From a bacterium (GTDB lineage Bacteria; Electryoneota; Electryoneia; Electryoneales; Electryoneaceae), in assembly GCA_963675295.2 (NCBI GenBank), contig CAXXKJ010000002.1, positions 896,001 through 960,000 on the forward strand: a stretch of 64,000 nucleotides of DNA, given 5' to 3'. The notes below the pieces were generated by a model that saw only the letters and a list, made by a program, of their open reading frames with translations, was not told where the DNA came from and did not search any database. Both the position numbers and the translations under genes were made by a program. Shown piece by piece: positions 59,594 through 64,000 of this stretch (positions are counted from its first letter, which is position 1; each line of letters opens with the position of its first letter).

Positions 59594-60346
59594 ATGCCAG
59601 GCGTTGATGTAGCCAAAGAGCTTCGCATGATCGCACGGCTTCAATCCGTGGATAACGAGCTGCAGGATCTGGAACTGGAGAAGGGCGACCTTCCGAAGCA
59701 GATCGAAGCGATCACGACAGAGATCGAGCGGCTCGAAACACGGAAGACGGAGCTGGACAATCAGCTGGCCGAAGTGGAGAAGATGAAGCGTGAGAACGAA
59801 GGCACGCTTCAGCTGCAGAAGGTCAAGCTCGAGAAGTACCAGGGTCAGTTGTACTCGGTGACGACCAACCGTGAATACGACGCGATCAACCAGGAGATTG
59901 AGGGCTGTCGTTCGCAGATCGAGTCGATCGAAACGGCGCAGACCAATCTCAACACGGAACAGGAGTCGATCACCGGGCAGATCGAGCCGATCAACATGAA
60001 GGTGCAGGCGCTTCAGGGTGACCTCGCGGAACGTGAGGAAGAGCTGAAGGGCAAGCGTGCCGACACGGAATCGGAAGAGCTCGAGCTTGAGCACGAACGC
60101 GAGAAGCTGGTTGTTCGGATCAAGAAAGTGATCATCGCTCACTACGAACGGATCCGCAAAGCCCGTGGCGGCACCGGCGCAGCCCGTCTCTATGGCGGTG
60201 CGTGCGGCGCGTGCTTCGCCGTTGTTCCCCCCCAGCGTCAGGCCGAGATTCGCAAACTCGATGATATTATCCTCTGCGAATCATGCGGCGTGTTGTTGCT
60301 GCCGGAAGAGGAGCACATGCCGGAGATGACCGAGGACGAGCTGTAA
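59594..60346 (+). CDS. Coiled-coil protein with a C4-type zinc ribbon (DUF164 / CT398-HP0958 family)
   Basis: Long coiled coil, NREYDAI, CGAC...CESC. Confidence 0.9.
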   Translation: MPGVDVAKELRMIARLQSVDNELQDLELEKGDLPKQIEAITTEIERLETRKTELDNQLAEVEKMKRENEGTLQLQKVKLEKYQGQLYSVTTNREYDAINQEIEGCRSQIESIETAQTNLNTEQESITGQIEPINMKVQALQGDLAEREEELKGKRADTESEELELEHEREKLVVRIKKVIIAHYERIRKARGGTGAARLYGGACGACFAVVPPQRQAEIRKLDDIILCESCGVLLLPEEEHMPEMTEDEL

Positions 60347-60450
60347 TTACGAGTTTCGGTTGAACCGGAGGCGGACTGTTGGGGAAAAGGCCGGGCTCTG
60401 CCCGGAGCACGGATCCCCGTGGATGACGCATCCGACTGCTGTACACGATC

Positions 60451-60482
60451 AGGGGACAGGTGATTTCACTTGTCCCCTTTTG
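60451..60482 (+). terminator. Intrinsic terminator
   Basis: AGGGGACAGGTGA/TCACTTGTCCCCT stem followed by TTT. Confidence 0.65.
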
Positions 60483-60605
60483 TATTTAACATCCTGCCAA
60501 TCTGAGTTACCGACTCGAGTCAGGCTGATTCCTCCCACACGTTCCCCTTGCCTTTCATCAAATGGAGCGTTTCCTTAACCGTGTTTATCCAACACGGGAA
60601 AGCGC

Positions 60606-62351
<1,746 letters not shown>

Positions 62352-62391
62352 TCAGGATCTGTTGCGCAGCACATCTCGGTGAAGAAATCAG

Positions 62392-62419
62392 CAGCCGCGT
62401 TTCAATTCGCGGCTGTTTT
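62392..62419 (+). terminator. Terminator after glnS
   Basis: CAGCCGCG...CGCGGCTG followed by TTTT. Confidence 0.6.
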
Positions 62420-62436
62420 CGTTTACATTTGAAGCC

Positions 62437-63441
62437 ATGAGAAACACTCCACAAGTCACCCGTCCGCTTCCGGAAAACGCACGGCTGCGTTGTTTCCTGA
62501 TCGGGAACGAGCAACCGTTGCAGCCTGTCGAACTCAGTCCGGGCGAACGTCCGCCGGACGGCGGCGCGCTGCACTGGGTGGATGTACAGGGGGTGACCCG
62601 TGAGCAGCTGGGGCAACTGCTTGCGCACTACGACCTGCACTCGTTGCATGTGGACGCGTTCTCCGAACCGGGGCACCTGTCGCGCGTGGTGCCGATCAAC
62701 GGATCGTTGTTCCTCGAATTCAGCGTGCTCAGCGACTGGGAGCTCGCCTCGCCGCAACGCATCTCCATTTTGCAACGCAAGGATCTGCTGATCACGGTTC
62801 ACGCCGAACCGGTGCAGGGGCTGGAAGACGTGATCAAGCAACTGAGCGTTCAGACTACTGAGTGGAAACGGAACACGTCGGTGCTGCTCTATCACCTGCT
62901 CGACCATCTCGTGGACGATACCTTCCAGCACCTGATGCTGGCGCGTCAGAGCATCGTCGCGTTGAACGACCTGTACGACGAAACGCCGGACCGTCTCGAG
63001 GATCAGGACATTCACGGTACGCGGCGTTCGATCAGCCGGCTGGCGATCGCGTGCGAGGACCAGTATTACGTCATCTCTTCGCTACAGACCCTGGAGCAGG
63101 ACATTCTCGACCTGGAGTTGCCGCGAGAGTACATGCGTGATTTGCTCAGCCATGCGCAGTATGCGAACCGGTACGTGACCCGTCTGGATGACCGCGCGAA
63201 AGAACTGAAGTTTCTCATCTCGACGAACCTGCAGTTGCGTTCGGAAGGGCGGTTGCGAGTGCTGACGGTGATAATGGCGATCTTCACACCGCTAACCTTC
63301 CTCGCCGGGATTTACGGGATGAACTTCCACCACATGCCGGAACTCGGGTGGCAGTACGGATATTACGGTATCCTCAGCCTGATGGGACTGGTGGCGGTGG
63401 GACTGTTGTTCTTCTTCTGGCGGCGGGGCTGGTTTGATTGA
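62437..63441 (+). CDS. corA: CorA-family divalent cation transporter
   Basis: PLTFLAGIYGMNF..MPEL signature with two C-terminal TM helices. Confidence 0.9.
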   Translation: MRNTPQVTRPLPENARLRCFLIGNEQPLQPVELSPGERPPDGGALHWVDVQGVTREQLGQLLAHYDLHSLHVDAFSEPGHLSRVVPINGSLFLEFSVLSDWELASPQRISILQRKDLLITVHAEPVQGLEDVIKQLSVQTTEWKRNTSVLLYHLLDHLVDDTFQHLMLARQSIVALNDLYDETPDRLEDQDIHGTRRSISRLAIACEDQYYVISSLQTLEQDILDLELPREYMRDLLSHAQYANRYVTRLDDRAKELKFLISTNLQLRSEGRLRVLTVIMAIFTPLTFLAGIYGMNFHHMPELGWQYGYYGILSLMGLVAVGLLFFFWRRGWFD

Positions 63442-63691
63442 GATGGGGGGTGATTTGATTGAGATGGGGGTTGGTGCCCGTGATTGACCGCCGGTGAGTT
63501 TCGGCGGCTATCGCGGGTCATCCGCAATGTCCAGGATTATCCCGACGAGCAAGCTCGTCGGGGCACACAGGCATGCCCTCGGGCTTCAGCCCGGGAATTG
63601 CGGAAAGTCAAGCAACCACCGTGTCCACGCCCTCGGACTTCAGTCCGGGATCATCTCACGTCGAACATTTCCGCAGCCCGCAGCCCGCAGC
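63433..63691. repeat. Cluster of a 17-bp direct repeat, palindromes and (CCGCAGC)x3
   Basis: TTTGATTGAGATGGGGG x2; palindrome at 63539-63566; GCCCTCGGRCTTCAGYCCGGGA x2. Confidence 0.7.
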
Positions 63692-63697
63692 CCAGTC

Positions 63698-64000
63698 TTA
63701 CTCATGCCGCAGGGCCTTGACCGGATGCACCGACACCGCGCGGAGGGCCTGTGTTGTCACCACGGCGAGCGCGATCAGCAGCGCCAGCACGCCGGCTATG
63801 AGGAACAGGTCGAGGCTCAAAGCTGTCCGGTAGGCGAAGGTTTCCAGCCAGCGATTCATCCCGTACCACGCCAGCGGCCACGCGATCAGGGTCGCGATTC
63901 CGACTAGCAGAGCGAACTCCCGGTTGAGCATCACGATGATCTGGCCCGCGCTCGCGCCGAGGGTTTTGCGGATGCCGATTTCCTTGGTCCGGCGTTCGGC
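63698..64000 (-). CDS. FtsX/MacB-like ABC permease, 3' end only (truncated by the window)
   Basis: ERRTKEIGIRKTLGAS...WLETFAYR...PVKALRHE. Confidence 0.85.
   Translation of the reverse strand, partial: AERRTKEIGIRKTLGASAGQIIVMLNREFALLVGIATLIAWPLAWYGMNRWLETFAYRTALSLDLFLIAGVLALLIALAVVTTQALRAVSVHPVKALRHE

Noticed and set aside
60347-60480. RNase P RNA, SRP RNA or 6S RNA
   Set aside because: Too short and lacking the remaining conserved elements; kept only as a low-interest finding.

Overview
A GC-rich bacterial chromosomal segment, probably from a T9SS-bearing FCB-superphylum lineage outside the classic Bacteroidota. This is inferred from PorV, six proteins ending in a T9SS type-A sorting domain, GldAFG-like genes and canonical Shine-Dalgarno use. 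Housekeeping content: aspartate aminotransferase, pta, coaD, msrB, rnhC, lpxB, a DUF374/LpxJ-like gene, lpxK, tRNA-Ile2(CAT), a zinc-ribbon protein, glnS and corA. The most unusual items are: (1) a translationally coupled three-gene lipid operon encoding a degenerate CdsA/YnbB-like protein, a PlsC acyltransferase fused to a thymidylate-kinase-like P-loop domain, and a DAG-kinase-like protein with GGSGT instead of GGDGT, next to an AT-rich FRG gene; (2) an 80-bp direct repeat, each copy carrying an SD plus a 17-codon ORF, bracketing an AT-richer CotH-kinase T9SS cargo gene; (3) a PorV-linked locus with a catalytically dead M6-like protease and a gluzincin-propeller-Omp85 fusion; (4) an orphan qmoC; (5) a one-base frameshift in an MBL hydrolase; (6) several families of REP-like palindromes and 7-/9-mer tandem repeats. 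No CRISPR array, integrase, transposase, reverse transcriptase or rRNA was seen. All protein calls come from motif recognition by eye; no database searches were run.
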